Shown here: positions 25,678 through 39,823 of the stretch, one piece after another
Position numbering within the stretch: the stretch's first letter is position 1
Layout: each line of letters begins with the position of its first letter
Origin: Trichodelitschia bisporula
Taxonomy: Eukaryota
DNA length: 54,349 nucleotides
Direction: 5' to 3'
NCBI GenBank assembly: GCA_010356995.1
Contig: ML996696.1
Location: 994,364 to 1,048,712 of the forward strand
Program-made: the position numbers and the translations under genes
Notes under the pieces: model-generated
Seen by the model: only the letters and a program-made list of their open reading frames with translations
The model's database searches: none
Told to the model about the DNA's origin: nothing

Positions 25678-27768
25678 ATGAGCTCGCCTCCTCAATTTCG
25701 TGGCAAGACCCTCACTCCTGTCTCCCCGAAGCCCGTCCACGTCCCATCACCGTCTAACATTCCAATCCTCGAAAAACAGATGGATCCCTCATTTCATGAA
25801 TCCCTAAGCTACCAACACGGTAACCACATGGAAGAAGTACAGTACGGAGGAGGTAACTCCGGCAATGGCACGTTTGCCGCCGCGTCCTCTCGCCCTGATG
25901 CCATGGGTGATAACGCGACACGCCCGGAGTCCACAGCCCCGACGTTCGACAATCCCAGCGGTGGCATAGACTACCAAGCGCTACTCGCGAACCTCTCAAC
26001 CAACTTTGCACTCCCACAGACAGATGTCAAGTCGCCCTCAACATCTTTGCCGAGTAACCCAAATCTGCCTCCTAGACCCCCGCCGCAGGATGCGCCGCGC
26101 ACCCACCCCAACTACACGCCCGGCGATGACATCCGCACCTACCACCCACACACGGCCGCCACCTACCGTGCATCTGCCTCCAGTAGCCATGCTCAGCCAT
26201 CGCCCACTGCCACATCCAAGCCCATGCAGAGCCCCCCGCGGCGCGACGATCTCGACAGCGAGTCCGAGGACGTTCCGTTTGACGGGGCTTTACAGAAGCA
26301 GTTTGACCAGTTCCTTCAATTCGAGCGTCAGAATGTCACTGAAGGCCAGTGGGAGAAATTCCCCAATGGGTCGCGTCTGTTCATCGGTAAGCTTACCGTC
26401 CATCATCTCCGTCGCCGCTAATAGTCAAGGCAACCTCCCCACCGAGAAAGTATCGAAGCGTGACATCTACAGGCGCTTCAGCAGGCATGGTAAGCTGGCC
26501 CAGATCTCACTCAAACAGGCGTACGGCTTTGTGCAGTTCATGGACCCCGAATCATGCGAGCGTGCGCTGCATGTTGAGCAAGACCAGATGATGCGCGGCA
26601 GGAAGATGCGTATGTTCCCCTTTGCCTTCCTCCCGGATTCCGCTGACCGCCAGACCTTGAAATTTCCAAACCTCAGAAGTCAACTCGCGGTGGCGGTGAC
26701 CGTGAGCGTGGTGGCCGACGTCGCTCGCGCTCTCCCGGTTTCGATCGTATGCCGCGTGGTGTCGATCGCTACACGGGTGGTTCAGGGCGCCGCCGCGACG
26801 ACTTTCGGCGCTCGCCTTCTCCCCGTGGACGTGGTCGTCATGTGGATCGCTACGACGGGCGCCGACGGAGCCGTTCGCGTTCGCCCGTCCGAGAGCGGTA
26901 CCGGGCTGGCTACACTCCGGGTGATAACCTGCCTCTGGCTCACCGCGAGCCGTCGCAGGTTCCGGACGTACAGATACTGGTGGTGGATCACGTCGACTGG
27001 TACATTTTATTCCTCGTGCAATTTCTCCACTGACGAGCTAGGGACTTTGTCGAATACGTGAAGCGCGGTATCCAGGACCACGGTCTGCGTTGCGACGTGC
27101 TCGAGCTGAATCCTCGCCACCCCGAGAACGACGTCGTCAGCCGCCGGATCGTCGAGGGAGTGTTGGCCATCATCCGTCTGACGCGCGCCAACCAGGCCAC
27201 CAGCAAGGTCCCTTTGCAGGTGTTTGACCGCAAGGCGGACAAAGTTACTTGGGCCCGTAAGTACCTCATATATTACCTAGATTCATCGGCTAACGTTGTA
27301 GAATACGAGCCGCTCGACGTGTCCGTTGCGGCCCAGCTTGTGCTCCGCGCGAAGCCAGTGCCAGTAGCTGCTGCCCCTCCTACGTACAGCTATCAGCCAC
27401 CCCAGGCCCCGCCGCCCCAAGCTAACCAGAACGTCGCTCAACTTCTCAGCGCACTCGGTGCAGCAACTGGAAACCCCAACTTAGGTCGTCTTCTCGGCCA
27501 ACCGTCGGGCGCGGGAGGGTCTCCGGACATTGCGAGCCTTCTCGGCGGCTTGCAGGGCCATGCACAGGCACCCGCTTACGGTCAGCCCAATCCCGGCGCG
27601 CAGCAAGGCATAGCTGGCCTCGACAACGCGACTCTTACCGCCTTGCTTGGAGCCAGCGCGAACCAGCAAGTGCAGCCCGCTCAGACGACCAGCAACCAAC
27701 CGCAGCCGCAGGGCCAGGACTTTCAGCAGCTCCTCGCCAATCTGGCTGCATACAAGCCGCCGTCGTAG
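25678..27768 (+). CDS. NAB3: Nab3-like RRM RNA-binding protein
   Basis: FPNGSRLFIG-NLPTEKVSKRDIYRRFSRHGKLAQISLKQAYGFVQF (RNP2/RNP1), an RS/RD-rich linker, VPDVQILV and a Q/P-rich tail. Introns at about 26387-26429, 26610-26653, 27000-27041 and 27257-27301. Confidence 0.85.
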
Positions 27769-28345
27769 AATGGCAGTCGGTCTGTATTTTTAATGACTGG
27801 CAACACGGTGTATGACGAGTGTTTTTCGCCTGTGATGTAAACTATAGGGGATCGCTAGGAACACTGGGATCACTAGAGGTGTATGGTAGCCAAAAATCAG
27901 CTTTTCAGACGTTTAGCTTGTGGGAATTGCCTGACTGTTATCTCGCAAACAGCTCCCGTAGCCTTAAAGGCCTGCTTCGTGCCGTAGACTGGCCAAGAGA
28001 CACCTGAAAAAATCGTGGCAGCCCTGCCTGCGCTTGTTTGCTGACGAGAGCGGTCACGATATTTTCGTGTGGTTTCGAAGTATGAATACGGCTGTAAGGG
28101 CACAGCCACTTGGCAGCGGCTTCACAGCCACGCTCTAAGTCACGGCAACGCCGCATGCGGTGACTGGAAGAACATATCACCGACCGGTTTCCGCGGCGAA
28201 ACATTGTCTGGTGAGTATCGTCAACCACCTCTCTCCAGGACTCTCCCCGCCTCGTCTCCAGCTTCAAGTTTGCGAGCCTCCAGTGCTGCAGTACAAAGAC
28301 CCTCAGTGCGTGCACTTTGTCAAAGAACCGTGACTTTCACTAGTC

Positions 28346-30555
28346 ATGGCTGAGCCCACTCAGCTGGCGTGTACGTACCGCGCCCGCTCCCAAAACTCTG
28401 CTGACAGTCCGTAGTCCGCACGCCTAACGGTATCGGCATCCTTAACGCAGCGCCGGTCTACGACCAGCTTCCAGGCTTTGTGCCGTAAGTTTTCCGTGCC
28501 CTTCCAGTCCGTCCCTGACCGCATCCAGACCTCAAGGCAATATCCGCTGCGGCTGCTACTCGCCATGCGGGCGCTACTTTGCCTGGGCCTCGCCTGAGCA
28601 GGTCACGGTGATTGACGCATCTGTTGGCCATATCGTCACGGAGCTTCCGGCCGCCAACGTCTTCGAGCTGGGCTTTTCGCCGCTCGGCACGTACATAATC
28701 ACCTGGCAGCGCCCGTCCAAGGATGAAGGGGGGAACGCTTCAAAGAACTTGAAGGTTTGGCGTGTGGTCGAGGAAGGTGAGCGCGCTGTGGTTGGCCAGT
28801 TTGTGCAGCGCTCGCAGACCGGCTGGAACCTGCAGTACACCTCAGACGAGCGCTACTGCGCGCGTTCCGTCACCAACGAGGTGCAGTTCTACGAGAGCGG
28901 AGACCTGAAGACTGTCTGGAACAAGTTACACGATGAGGGCTTGACGGACTTTGCCATCGCGCCTGGTGCCGCCAATGCCGTTGCCATCTTCGTTCCGGAG
29001 CGCAAGGGTCAGCCAGCCGCCGTCAAGGTGTACAATGTGCCGACCTTTGGGTCGCCTGTCTCCCAGAAGACGTTCTTCAAGGGCGACAAGGTTCAGTTCA
29101 AGTGGAACGATATGGGGTCAAGCGTGATCATCCTGGCGCAGACGGAGGTGGACAAGAGCAACAAAAATTACTACGGCGAGACAACGCTGTACCTTCTGAG
29201 CGCAAAAGGCGGCTTCGATTCGCGCATCGCACTTGGTATGTCTTTCGCAATCTCGTCCTTCGTTGCTAACATGCGCAGACAAGGATGGCCCTATCCATGA
29301 CGTGACGTGGTCTCCCAATTCGGTCGAGTTTGCCGTTGTCTACGGGTTCATGCCGGCGAAGACAACGGTGTTCAACGCGCGTGCTCAGCCGACCCATTCG
29401 TTCCCTTTGGCTCCCCGCAACACGATCCTCTTCTCGCCGCATGGCCGCTTCGTGCTTGTGGCTGGTTTCGGGAACCTGGCGGGTCATATGGACGTTTACG
29501 ACCTGAGCAAAAACTACTACAAGGTGTGCACGATCGAGGCTGCCAACTCATCTGTGTGCGAGTGGTCACCGGACGGAACTCACATCCTGACCGCCACGAC
29601 GTCGCCGCGCCTGCGCGTTGACAACGGCTTGCGCATCTACCACGTCAGCGGTAGCCTAGTGTACAATGCAGACTTTAATGAGCTCTACCATGTCACCTGG
29701 CGCCCGCAGTCCACGACCATGCACCCGCTGGCGGCCAATCCGTTGTCGCCCGTGCCGGCTCCGCACCCGTCTGCGCTCGAGTACCTCGGCCGTGTCAAGG
29801 CTCCGACTAAGCCTGCTGGCGCGTACCGGCCGCCGGGTGCCCGTGGCACCAGCACGCCGATGCATTTCAAGCGCGAGGATGAAGGCGGCGCGGCCTTTAC
29901 CGCCAGCAACGCATCAACGGCCCCAACTACCTTCGGTCGTCGTCGCCGCGACGTGCCTGGTGCTGAAGCTCTTGACCTCTCGCCTCCCGGCGCCGCACCG
30001 GGCGGCGGTGTGAGCCTTGCCGGTACTGGTGAGGGCGAAGACGCCACTCTGAGCAAGACGGCGCTTAAGAACAAGAAGAAGCGCGAGGCCAAGAAAGCTA
30101 AGGAGGCAGCTGAGCGCGGCGGTCTTGCTCCCGAAGGCATGGAGGGTGTTCCAAAGGGCCCTCGCGCGTACAGCAAGAGCCCTGAGCGTCGCGCGCACCA
30201 CCAGCGCAACCGGTCTGGCTTTGAGCATGGTCAGGGGCGCTCGCCTCAGCGTCGTGAGCGGGGTGGCAGTCGTGCCCGCCCTGTCGATACCAATGGGACT
30301 GGCAAGGGGCCTGTCAATGTCAAGCAGCCGCCGCCTCCGGTGGTGACGGCCATGCCGGAAGCGCCGCCTGACCTGACGGTCACGAGCCCGGGCGGCGCGC
30401 AGGACAAGAAGGTCCGCAGCTTGCTCAAGAAGGTGCGTGCGATTGAGGACCTCAAGATGCGTCAGGCGGCGGGGGAGAAGCTGGAGGATACGCAGGTGAG
30501 GAAGATTGAGACGGAGGAATCGGTTAGGAAGGAGCTTGATGCACTCGGTCTCTGA
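28346..30555 (+). CDS. EIF2A: Eukaryotic translation initiation factor 2A
   Basis: GFSPLGTYIITWQR, KTFFKGDKVQFKWN, TEVDKSNKNYYGET, GPIHDVTWSP, AGFGNLAG, ATTSPRLRVDNG, AYRPPGARG and GEKLEDTQ. Two short 5' exons; introns at about 28371-28414, 28485-28528 and 29236-29278. Confidence 0.95.
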
Positions 30556-32185
30556 TCACTAGGTTTCTTACCACTAAGTCTCTGATTTGTGTGCTGGTCT
30601 CCCCAGTTGCAATAGACTAAACACATTTCGGACATTTGTGTGGTGGTGGAGGATTGGGTACACTAGATGGGTTTCATAGACGGTGATAACCAAAACTTGA
30701 GCCCCGTTCGCCTTGTACTGCTGTTGTGATATCAAAGATGTGGACTTGTTGGTGTAGCTCCTAGTGGAAAGGCAAGGATGCTGCTTCATCGCCTGATGGA
30801 AGTCTTGTGAGAGTGGTTATAAAGCGCAACATTAGCCCATAATAAGAACAACTACGCCAGTTCTCCAGACTCTATCGTTTGTTCTCTGCTTCTAGCGACC
30901 TTTGATCCTGGCCCGTTGAAGAACAATATGCACCCTCTCATTTTATATATAGGCCTGCCACGGGGCCCTTCTGTTACCCGAACTTCGAGTTCTTTTCAAG
31001 CATTCGCTCCCTGAGCCTCCCTTGCAACCCCCAGTTGCTTCAGCGCCGGAAAATTCAGCCCCATCTACACGCTGCCCCATATCTGTCTTTCATTGAACAT
31101 CCCTTTGCGTCTGCGGCTTTTGGTGCCCCGAAACCACCTTCGTCGTCCTGCGCTGTATATCTACGGAATGGTGTAAGATGAGAAGCTTGAAAGGGCTGCA
31201 CAACTCGAAAACTGAACTTCAAAAATGAAGACATGGATCTTACGTTCGATGGGGCATACCGCTCGATCTGACGAGGTGATAAATTTCCAGGAGGACTACA
31301 GGCCCTTTGAATTTTTATCAGGTAGTCAGCATGAGACAATTGAAGTTGAATATGGAGAAATATGTATGATAAGGAACGCGAGACCAATTGCCATAGCCGC
31401 CGTAACAGAGCGCCGGGTTACACAAAAGGAAGGCATCATGTAACTTCGGTTCAATGGCCTGGAAGCCGAAATTGAGAGGGTTGCTTAGATATGTAAGTAC
31501 TTGCGTGATGTCGACGGCAGTCAAGTCCGTTGAGGATGTTTCAGCCTTGTCGGACGTGGCGGACCCAAACTTCAGATTTCCTGCAACCCAGCCTCTGTTG
31601 TCTGGTGTAGAATACTGTGATGGCCGCGAAATCGAAGGACGCTGCAACTCCAGCTGCGGACCGTTCTGTGAGGCATATAGAACTCAATTTTGAAGGCAGA
31701 GTTGCCATGCCGTTTGGATATGCCTCGTCGAGCAGAATTGTATCGTCTGGAAGTGAGCCGCATGGGGGCCCTTGTTCACACAAGATCCCTGCCATGATGG
31801 AGGTGTAGAGTCCCAGATATGAGTTAGCTATCCGCAGCAGCGAAATGGCGTCAGTTTGTTCCCAATGGGACCTCCCTGAGATGCCTGGACAGCCAACCCT
31901 GCCCGAACCGTCCTCACGCCCCATTGAATGGAAGCGCTCAAGTCTGGGCCGAGACGCCGACAGAACGCACTTGACGTTCTGTCAACTTGATCTACCGCGC
32001 GTAATACTGAGCTAGAAGGAAAGCTAGCCTAATGCTCCACCTGACCGCGCGGAAAAAGGTAAACAGTCACGGCACAATGAAAAAGGATCACATCATTCGG
32101 GTATACCTACTCTTTCCATACGCCCACACCAGCCTTGGTGTCCACAAATCGCGGTATCCACAAATCGCATCGTAAGTCGCAATAT

Positions 32186-34055
32186 CTACTCCATAAAGCC
32201 AACGCGCTTCGGTCCCTCGCGCCGTGGCACGGGTGTCCCGAACGGGTCATCCTCGTCCATATTGTAGCTATCCAGCATCCGGTCCACACCACCTAGATCG
32301 AGCTCGCCCCGCGCTAGGAGCTGCTGGTCACGCTCCGTCTGACCCGCCTTCTGCCGCAGCTGCCGCTGGAACACGGCGTTGGCTTGTTCGGCCGTGCGCG
32401 GCATCGTGTTGGTCACGAACAGCAGGCGGTGCTCCCCCGTCACGAGCACGTCCTGGCGCGCCGCAACCGACGCAGACTCTGATCCTACGTGCGGCAGCGC
32501 CGAGACGCTGGTGATGAGTTCGCCGTTCGGCTCCGTGCCCTCGACGCGCGATAGGCCCGGCCCGTACAACGAGCCACCGGGCGCGTCGGAGCGGCGGCTG
32601 GCCGAGTCCTTAATGGCACGGGTCCAGAATGCTTGTAGCGAGGGGATCGTGTATACGGCCTGTTCGTACCACAGGAGGACGCCTTCGTCGGTGGCACTGC
32701 CTGAAAGCGACGGCGCCATGTAGCGCGTTACGCCTCCGCGCGCATGTGAGCTTTCGGTGCTGTCGGCATGTCCGCCGAAGAGGGCTTCCTCCTTCACCCG
32801 GCGCGTGTTTGGGGTCATAGGGGCGAGGGACGACCGGGTTCCACGTGGCTTTTTTGGAGCACTGGCATCGTGCGATGGGATAGAGCCGCTTGATCCGACG
32901 TACCCGCGGAGGGCAAAGGCATCGCGACGATTGCTTTGGGCACCGGCTGGCGCGGCGTGGTCAAAGTCCCAGACACCCCACTCGCCATCTGAGAGTAAGG
33001 CTAGAATGCTCTTGCCGCCAGATGTCCACTGCGCAGAAAGGATGCGCTTCCGCTGCATGAAGCGGAGGTCTGGAAGCTTCTGGGTGTCGATGGGCGCCGA
33101 GAATGCAGCGATCCACGTGCCCTTTTCAGGCAGTGGGGCAACATCGATGTCAAACCGTGGTACTCGCGCATCTTTCGGCCGGAGAAGCGGGTCGTAAACG
33201 GCGACGGAACCACCTCGGTTGACAACAAGGAGTTGTGTGTGTTGTTTGGCGGGGTAAACTGCAGGACTGAAGGAAATTTCAGGGCTGTACTGGAGAGGTC
33301 GTTTCTGGAAGGGCGTGTGGTGCCCAGGCCTGATGGTGTCCCCGATGAGAGGAATTTGGGCGATCGATAGATAGCTGACGGTCTCGGTAGATGCCGCGGC
33401 CACGAGAAGGTCGAAGTCTTTTGAGCTCTGGGGCCTGTGCTCTTCCTCGTCTGGACTCAGGTCCTCCAGCAAGTCCGGTGTACGCGGCGTCCAAGTCACC
33501 GACACCGATGTGGGCTGGCCAGAGAGGGCGATGGTCGCAGTCTCGCGCTCCACGCCACGCAGAGTTTTCTCGCCATCTTGAGGGCTGAGCGGTAGAGTAA
33601 ACACCCGGACGTTTGCATCCGCGCACGCGGCCGCCACGATGATATTTGTAGAAAATATGGTCGGGATCGACGAGGCGTTCCAAAACGAGGCGGGCGGGAC
33701 GTCTGGAAGTGCGAGGTCGACAACTTCTGTGTCGAGAAAGAGGTGGAAGGCCTTTACGATGGGCGCGGTCTTGGTCGGGTCAGCGGTTTCTCTCATCGTC
33801 GATCTCCGGCCATCCTTCCACACGGCAGAGAGGCCTCGGTCGTGGCCATAGACGATAAGGGTGGTTCCGTCGGGCGCGGCGAGAGGGTAGACGCGAGCTA
33901 TGTGCACGCGGAAAGGGAGGTCATAGCTGGGAGAGTTCGAGCAGTCAGTGATGAAGTTGCGCGATACACGTACAGTGTTTATTTGGGGATTTTCCTTACC
34001 ATATTCTCGTCGCATTGTCCTTGCGGGAGAAATGTATGCTGTGACTCCCGATCAT
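32186..34055 (-). CDS. NUP37: Nucleoporin Nup37 (WD40 beta-propeller, filamentous-fungal type)
   Basis: YDLPFRVHIARVYP..PDGTTLIVYGHDRG, KRILSAQW..GGKSILALLSDGEWGVWD, LAPMTPNTRR.KEE.LF and LARGELDLGGVDRML resemble Pezizomycotina Nup37 as I recall it. Preferred start is ATG 34055 with intron 33927-33999; the alternative is an unspliced start at 34015. Confidence 0.75.
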
Positions 34056-34397
34056 TGCTTCTTGTCGAGAATGTCGATGAAGAGAAGGTTGAAGGTTACT
34101 AAACGGAGAGAGTGAGGAAGTCGGAGCCTGACGAGCCCCGGGCCCCCGTCCAAAACTCACGTGTTTGCGCGTACCTGTGTCGGACCCGCGACTTCCTCCG
34201 CCCGCAACCTCCGTGCCTCGCCCCCCAAAGCTCTCCCCCACTACTACCCCCTCCTCGAGGTTACGAGCCCTCTTCACGATATCTGTCGATCCCCCCACAG
34301 ATTCCTCCACCTCCAACCTTTTTCTTCTACATCTTCACCAACTGTCCGTCTTCAATCTTCTGGTCCTACCACTTTCTCGCCTACCATTAGCACCCCA

Positions 34398-37300
34398 ATG
34401 GCTGCCCTCGCGTCATTGGGTGCTCACGTCCCCGTGGGCGTGCAACATCTCGTTGCAGAGGGCATTTTACCCGACGATCCGCCGCCCTCCTCATATCGGT
34501 GTCAGATCGTCACACGTGGCGAAGAGGACGAGATCGTCTCTACTGACTGGCATGTCGTGTGGTCGCGCGGCGGCGTGGTGCAAAAGGTATTTAGCTTCGA
34601 ACACGAACGCCTCCGTGTACAGCATGTCGTCCTTGCCTGGTTACCTTCCGAAGAGGCGTCCAATGCAGCTCACGAAGATGCAAAAGTCATCCATCCGGCT
34701 TCCAACGACAGTCCTGAGCGCGTCCATGGCCCGAAACACTTTGCGGAGGGTCTCGCGCCCGCAGTGGTGGTCTTCCTGCAGGATCAAGCGCACATTCACT
34801 GGCTGACGGGCGAAATGCACTTCGTCAACGTCCTCTTCGACGTCGAGCGCGTATTTCCTGCCCCGCGTGGTCTTTTCATCCAACGCAAGCGCCCGTCTCC
34901 CCCGGCTCTGCCCCGCCAGAATGTGCTGCCGCGTCCCAAGGGTCGTCTCGGCGACGACCTTCTCAACCCTCCCGAGAAGGAAATCACTCGATTGTTTTCG
35001 TTGACAGAACCACCGTCGGAAATTGGACGCATACTGGCAGCCGTAGGCGACGACTCTGAGGGCTATCAGCAGTTTGATGCGGACGAGGACGTCATGTACG
35101 TCTCGCCCGAGGACGAAATCCCCCCGAACGAGCCGAATCACGACCTGCCGCTGACGCTTGTTCTTACGTACAATCGGTCAACCAAGATGCTTGGTCTCTG
35201 GCATGCAAAGTACGTTGGGGGTCTTCCCCTTTCAGGCCAGCTCGACTCTCAGCGGCGGGCGTCGTTCCCTCCCGGCTCGCCAACACCGGTCCCTCATCCA
35301 CTGTTGCGCGAGAGCTTCGGCGGCTCCCTTCGGCCTCCCCGCAACCGCCCCGCAGACCAGACTGAAGAAGAGCAGCTGGCTTCGCAGTTGGACCCTGACT
35401 TCGACGCGCGCCGTGGCGAATCCCGTCGCATCAGCTCGCTCCTCTCGCGCGCCGATCTCTCCACTAGCTTTGACCGCAGCGCGTTCCAAAATCTCGCTAC
35501 GAACCGTGTCACATCTTTTGCGAGAACGGTTTCGATAAGCGGTCTCAGCCAGCACCAGTCTTCGGTGCTCTCCGACGACGACATCACACTTCCCGATGAA
35601 GACTCATATCCGACGGACTCAGGGTACGACGATGACGACCCGACCAGCAGCTTGAAAACGGAGCTTGTGTTGCACAAATTTGGCCAGACCAAGGTGATGA
35701 AGGCGGGAGACGACCCGAAAGGCTGGAAGGTTTTCACCATCCGCTCGTCCCGGATACCGCATTCCGACTCCGACCGCTATCAGTACCGCCTTTTCGTGCA
35801 CATTCTGCTCCCACAGCCGTACCACCATATACAGCTGGAGGTGTCGGTCAGCCGCGAGTCCTTTACGGCTGCACCGTTCAAAATGCAGCTGTCCGACCCG
35901 TTCTGCCCCGTGCCGACGCTCGAGGGCCGGGAAGATATCCTGAACACCGTCGACATGACTCAGGTCTCAGATGGGCCGATTTCTCGCTTGGTCTTTTTGC
36001 GTCAGGCGAAAGGGCAGCAGGGGCTCTCGCTAACACTCTTTGCCCCGTGGGCCAGCTCTCTCGCCGTTCACCTTCCGCTCAGCGCCCTCCCTCTGACTAT
36101 CAGCGGACTCGCGCATCCCGGGCTGCACGGCACGTTCGTCATGAAGGGAAGGAACAGTCAACTGCACAAGGCTAGCGTGAAGCTCTGCCCTGTTGCGCAG
36201 GCTGTCCGTGATGTCATCGAGCTCTGCATGCTCACGTTTCCGGGGTGGATGGGAGAGTGGTTCTTGACTACGTGGTGGAACCGGCTTCACGCCCGCCCGC
36301 ACGACCAATACGCGGAGTGGAATGCCCTCGTCATCACCATCTTCTCGTTGGCCCTCTCTCTTGAGCTGCAGACTAGCAGATCCGTGCTAACCACAATGAA
36401 CAAGCGGACGATGCCCAAGGCTGCCCCCAAGTCCACACCCAGAGCCACGCCGAAGCCGAATGCTGCTCCGAAGATGAAAGCCGCACAGAGTGTCGACGCC
36501 GCTAACTTGCCATCAGCCAGTGTCACGGCGTGGGCGGTGGAGTCGGGACCCCACACGCAGCACACGAGCCCTGCGTGGACCACCACGCCCGAGTGGGCGT
36601 GGGCGAACGAGGACTCCGCTCCAACCGTTGAACTCGCCAAGCTGAAGGAGGAACACCCACACGTCGCGGCGGCGCATGAGTTTATTTCGTCACCCGCGGC
36701 AGCTGACTTGCTACACCCCCTGGAATCTGTTCGTGAGGACGTACGGACGGCCTGCTCCCGTATGGTGACCGTCCTGCACCTGCTCCGCGAGGAGTACAAA
36801 CTGAACGTTGCCTCTCCGGCCCCCACGGGCCAAGTCATCGGCGACCTAGCTCCGGTTCTGGCTCAGCTGGGTCGGTGGCTTGACTGGCCTGGATGGGGAT
36901 TCCGCGGATACTATGCGCTGGAAATTCGGCCCAATACTAAGCATCTCTTTGAAGATCGTAAGTTAGCAATGCCGTTTCCCCTATCCCGCGTGCTCATGTT
37001 CAAGGCGCTCTACCTGCTCTCAAGGGACGGACGCCCGTGTCCTCGGAGCCGCTTTCGCTCTACCAGTGGCTGTATGATGCCATCACGCGCAAGTTTCCCA
37101 CATTGCTCTCCAACATTTTGTCGGCCACGCTCTATATGCTTCCTGCCAGCGATCCCGTTTACGACGTTTACTTTGCGCGCACCACCGCTCTCTCCAAGTT
37201 CCTCTCTCGTGGCCGCATACTGCAACAGCCATACTACGAGCAGGTCGAGTTCATGGTGAAGTGCGGCATCACTATCCGCATGATCGACACCTTCCCGGAG

Positions 37301-39823
37301 GCCCTCAAGGCCATCATGATGACACCGATCGCGGCGTCGCAAGCGAACCCGCCGACGACATGGTCGAAGGAACTGCAGCTGATGGTGGGGCGCGAGGACC
37401 TGGCGCAGGAAGGCCGACCGCTGGTTGGCGCCTCGATCAATAGCGCGGACGAGAAGATGTTTGAGCCAGACCGATTCTCTGTCGCAAATCTGATTTTCGA
37501 TCAGGACAAGCGCTTGATCGAGGCGCAGCGCATGATTGAGCCGATGATGGTGTCCAAAGTGTACTGCTTTACGGACCCCAACTTGGGGAACGCGCAGGCC
37601 ATTGACGTACAGAAGGCATTTGTGCAGCTCGTCGCCGTGCGCACCTTTTCCATGGCTCCGGGCAAAGGCATGTCTTACTTCCAGACGCGGCACCCCATCG
37701 TCGCAGAGAAGCTTGAAATCCCCGGCTACAATACGACGGCTGTTGTCAAGCCGATGGGCATCACACTGAGCGCGAACAAAGAGACATACACGGAAGAGAA
37801 CTGCAGCTGGGCATGGTTCCACGCCGGGGTCGCCGCCGGGCTCGAGATCTCCCGTGACGCGCAGTCGATTGACACGTCCTGGATCTCGATGAATAGGCCC
37901 GATGAGCCAACGAACCGCCACGCCGGGCTCATTCTCGCGCTGGGCCTCACGGGCCACCTGCGCAAGATGGCGAAATGGCTGCTCTTCCGGTACCTAACCT
38001 CGAAGCACACGATGACGAACATCGGACTGCTGCTCGGCGTCGCCGCTTCCCATATTGGGACCATGGACCAGCTCGTCACGCGCATCTTGTCAGTCCATCT
38101 GACATGCATGCTGCCCATTGGATCGGCATCGCTCAACCTAGCGCCGGTTAGCCAGACGGCGAGCTTGATGGGAACCGGACTTGTCTACTACAACACATCA
38201 CACCGGCGGATGACGGAGATTACGCTTTCGGAGATTGAGAACGTTAATGACGGCTCGGGCTCTCCAGACCTGATACGTGACGAGTGTTACCGGCTGGCTG
38301 CTGGCTTCGCTATGGGCCTGATAAACCTTGGTAAGGGCAATGACCTGAAGGGGCTCTACGACATGAACATTGCCGAGCGCCTACTCGCAGTTGCTGTCGG
38401 CCCGCGGCCCGTCAAGCACGTTCACGTCCTCGACCGCGCAACCGCTGGCGCAACTATCGCGTTGGCCCTGACGTTTTTGAAGACGAACGACAAGGTGGTG
38501 GCACGCAAGGTTGCCGTTCCGGAGGCTCGGGCGCAGTTTCAGTACATTCGGCCGGACATTTTACTCCTCCGTACCGTGGCCCACCATCTCATCATGTGGG
38601 ACAACATCAAGGCCGACGGCGCGTGGATCAAGTCAAACATGCCAGCCGTTTTTAAAACCGACATTGGGAAGATTCGGTCACTCAATAGCCGGCATTTGCC
38701 GCTGTTCAACATCCTCACCGGCCTGCTGTGGGCAATCAGCCTTAAGCACGCCGGGAGCGGCAATCAGGAAGTTCGCGACGTGGTCGTCAAGTACCTCGAC
38801 GCCTTCATGCGCATCTGCAATTTACCTATTGTCGGGTACGACGCCAGCCTGACGTTCACGACAGCGCGCAATTGCCAGGATCTCGTCGCTCTTGCCGCCG
38901 CCACGATCATGGCGGGCACCGGCGATTTGGTTGTCATGCGCCGGCTGCGCTCACTCCACGGGAGCCGCATCAAGCCCGAGACGACTTACGGGACGCACCT
39001 TGCGGCGCACATGGCCATGGGCGTGCTCTTTGTCGGGAGTGGCCAGTACACTTTCGGTACGTCAAACCTCGCCATCGCGTCGCTTTTGTGTGCCTTTTAT
39101 CCGCTCTTCCCCGCCGACATGAGCGATAACCGGGCGCACTTGCAGGCGTTCCGCCACATGTGGGTGCTCGCGGCTGAGCAGCGCTGCATTGTGGTCCGTG
39201 AGATTGATACGAATCGCGCCATCCATTTTCCGCTTCGCATCCTGATGCGTGATGGCACCGTCAAGGACGTCCGAGCGCCGTGTCTGATTCCGGAGTTTAG
39301 TAACATAGCCCGCATTTCTACCACGAGCCGCGAGCACTGGCACATCACGATCGACTTTGACAACGCGGCGCGCCTGGCCAACTTCTGCCAGCACCCGACA
39401 TTGTACGTGCGACGCCGCCCGGCTGTCTACGACATCTTCCGCTCACCCTTTGCGCGCTCTCTGGCCATGTCTCACGACCGCGAGCTATCCACGGCGCGGC
39501 GCTCCCCGTGGGAGTGGGTGTTCAAGCAGGGCTCATTTGGCGGCGTCGACATGGATGAGATCGACTTTGTGCTGCCCAAGGACAAGCGTGGCCGCGTGCA
39601 CAACCTCGACACGCGCGGCAGCGCTGCCGACCAGCGCCTCATTCTAGCTCAGGGCGTGCGCTCTGTTGACCGCGACCGGCTGTGGAACCTGCGCATCTTG
39701 TTTAGTTGGACAGACGCCCAGGTCAAGCGCGGCCAGGACTTTTTCTGGCTGCGTCGCGAGCTGGTGGACGACCTGCGCCGCGTCGTAGAGATGCGGCGCA
39801 CGGCGGCACTTGGCGGTTCTTGA
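34398..39823 (+). CDS. APC1: Anaphase-promoting complex subunit 1 (Apc1/BimE/Cut4)
   Basis: N-terminal DEIVST..VVWSRGGVVQKVFSF; PC repeats WAWFHAGVAAGL, RHAGLILALGLTGHL, YRLAAGFAMGLINLG and YGTHLAAHMAMGVLF; DNRAHLQAFRHMWVLA. Intron 36958-37004 joins the two ORFs (about 1790 aa). Confidence 0.96.
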
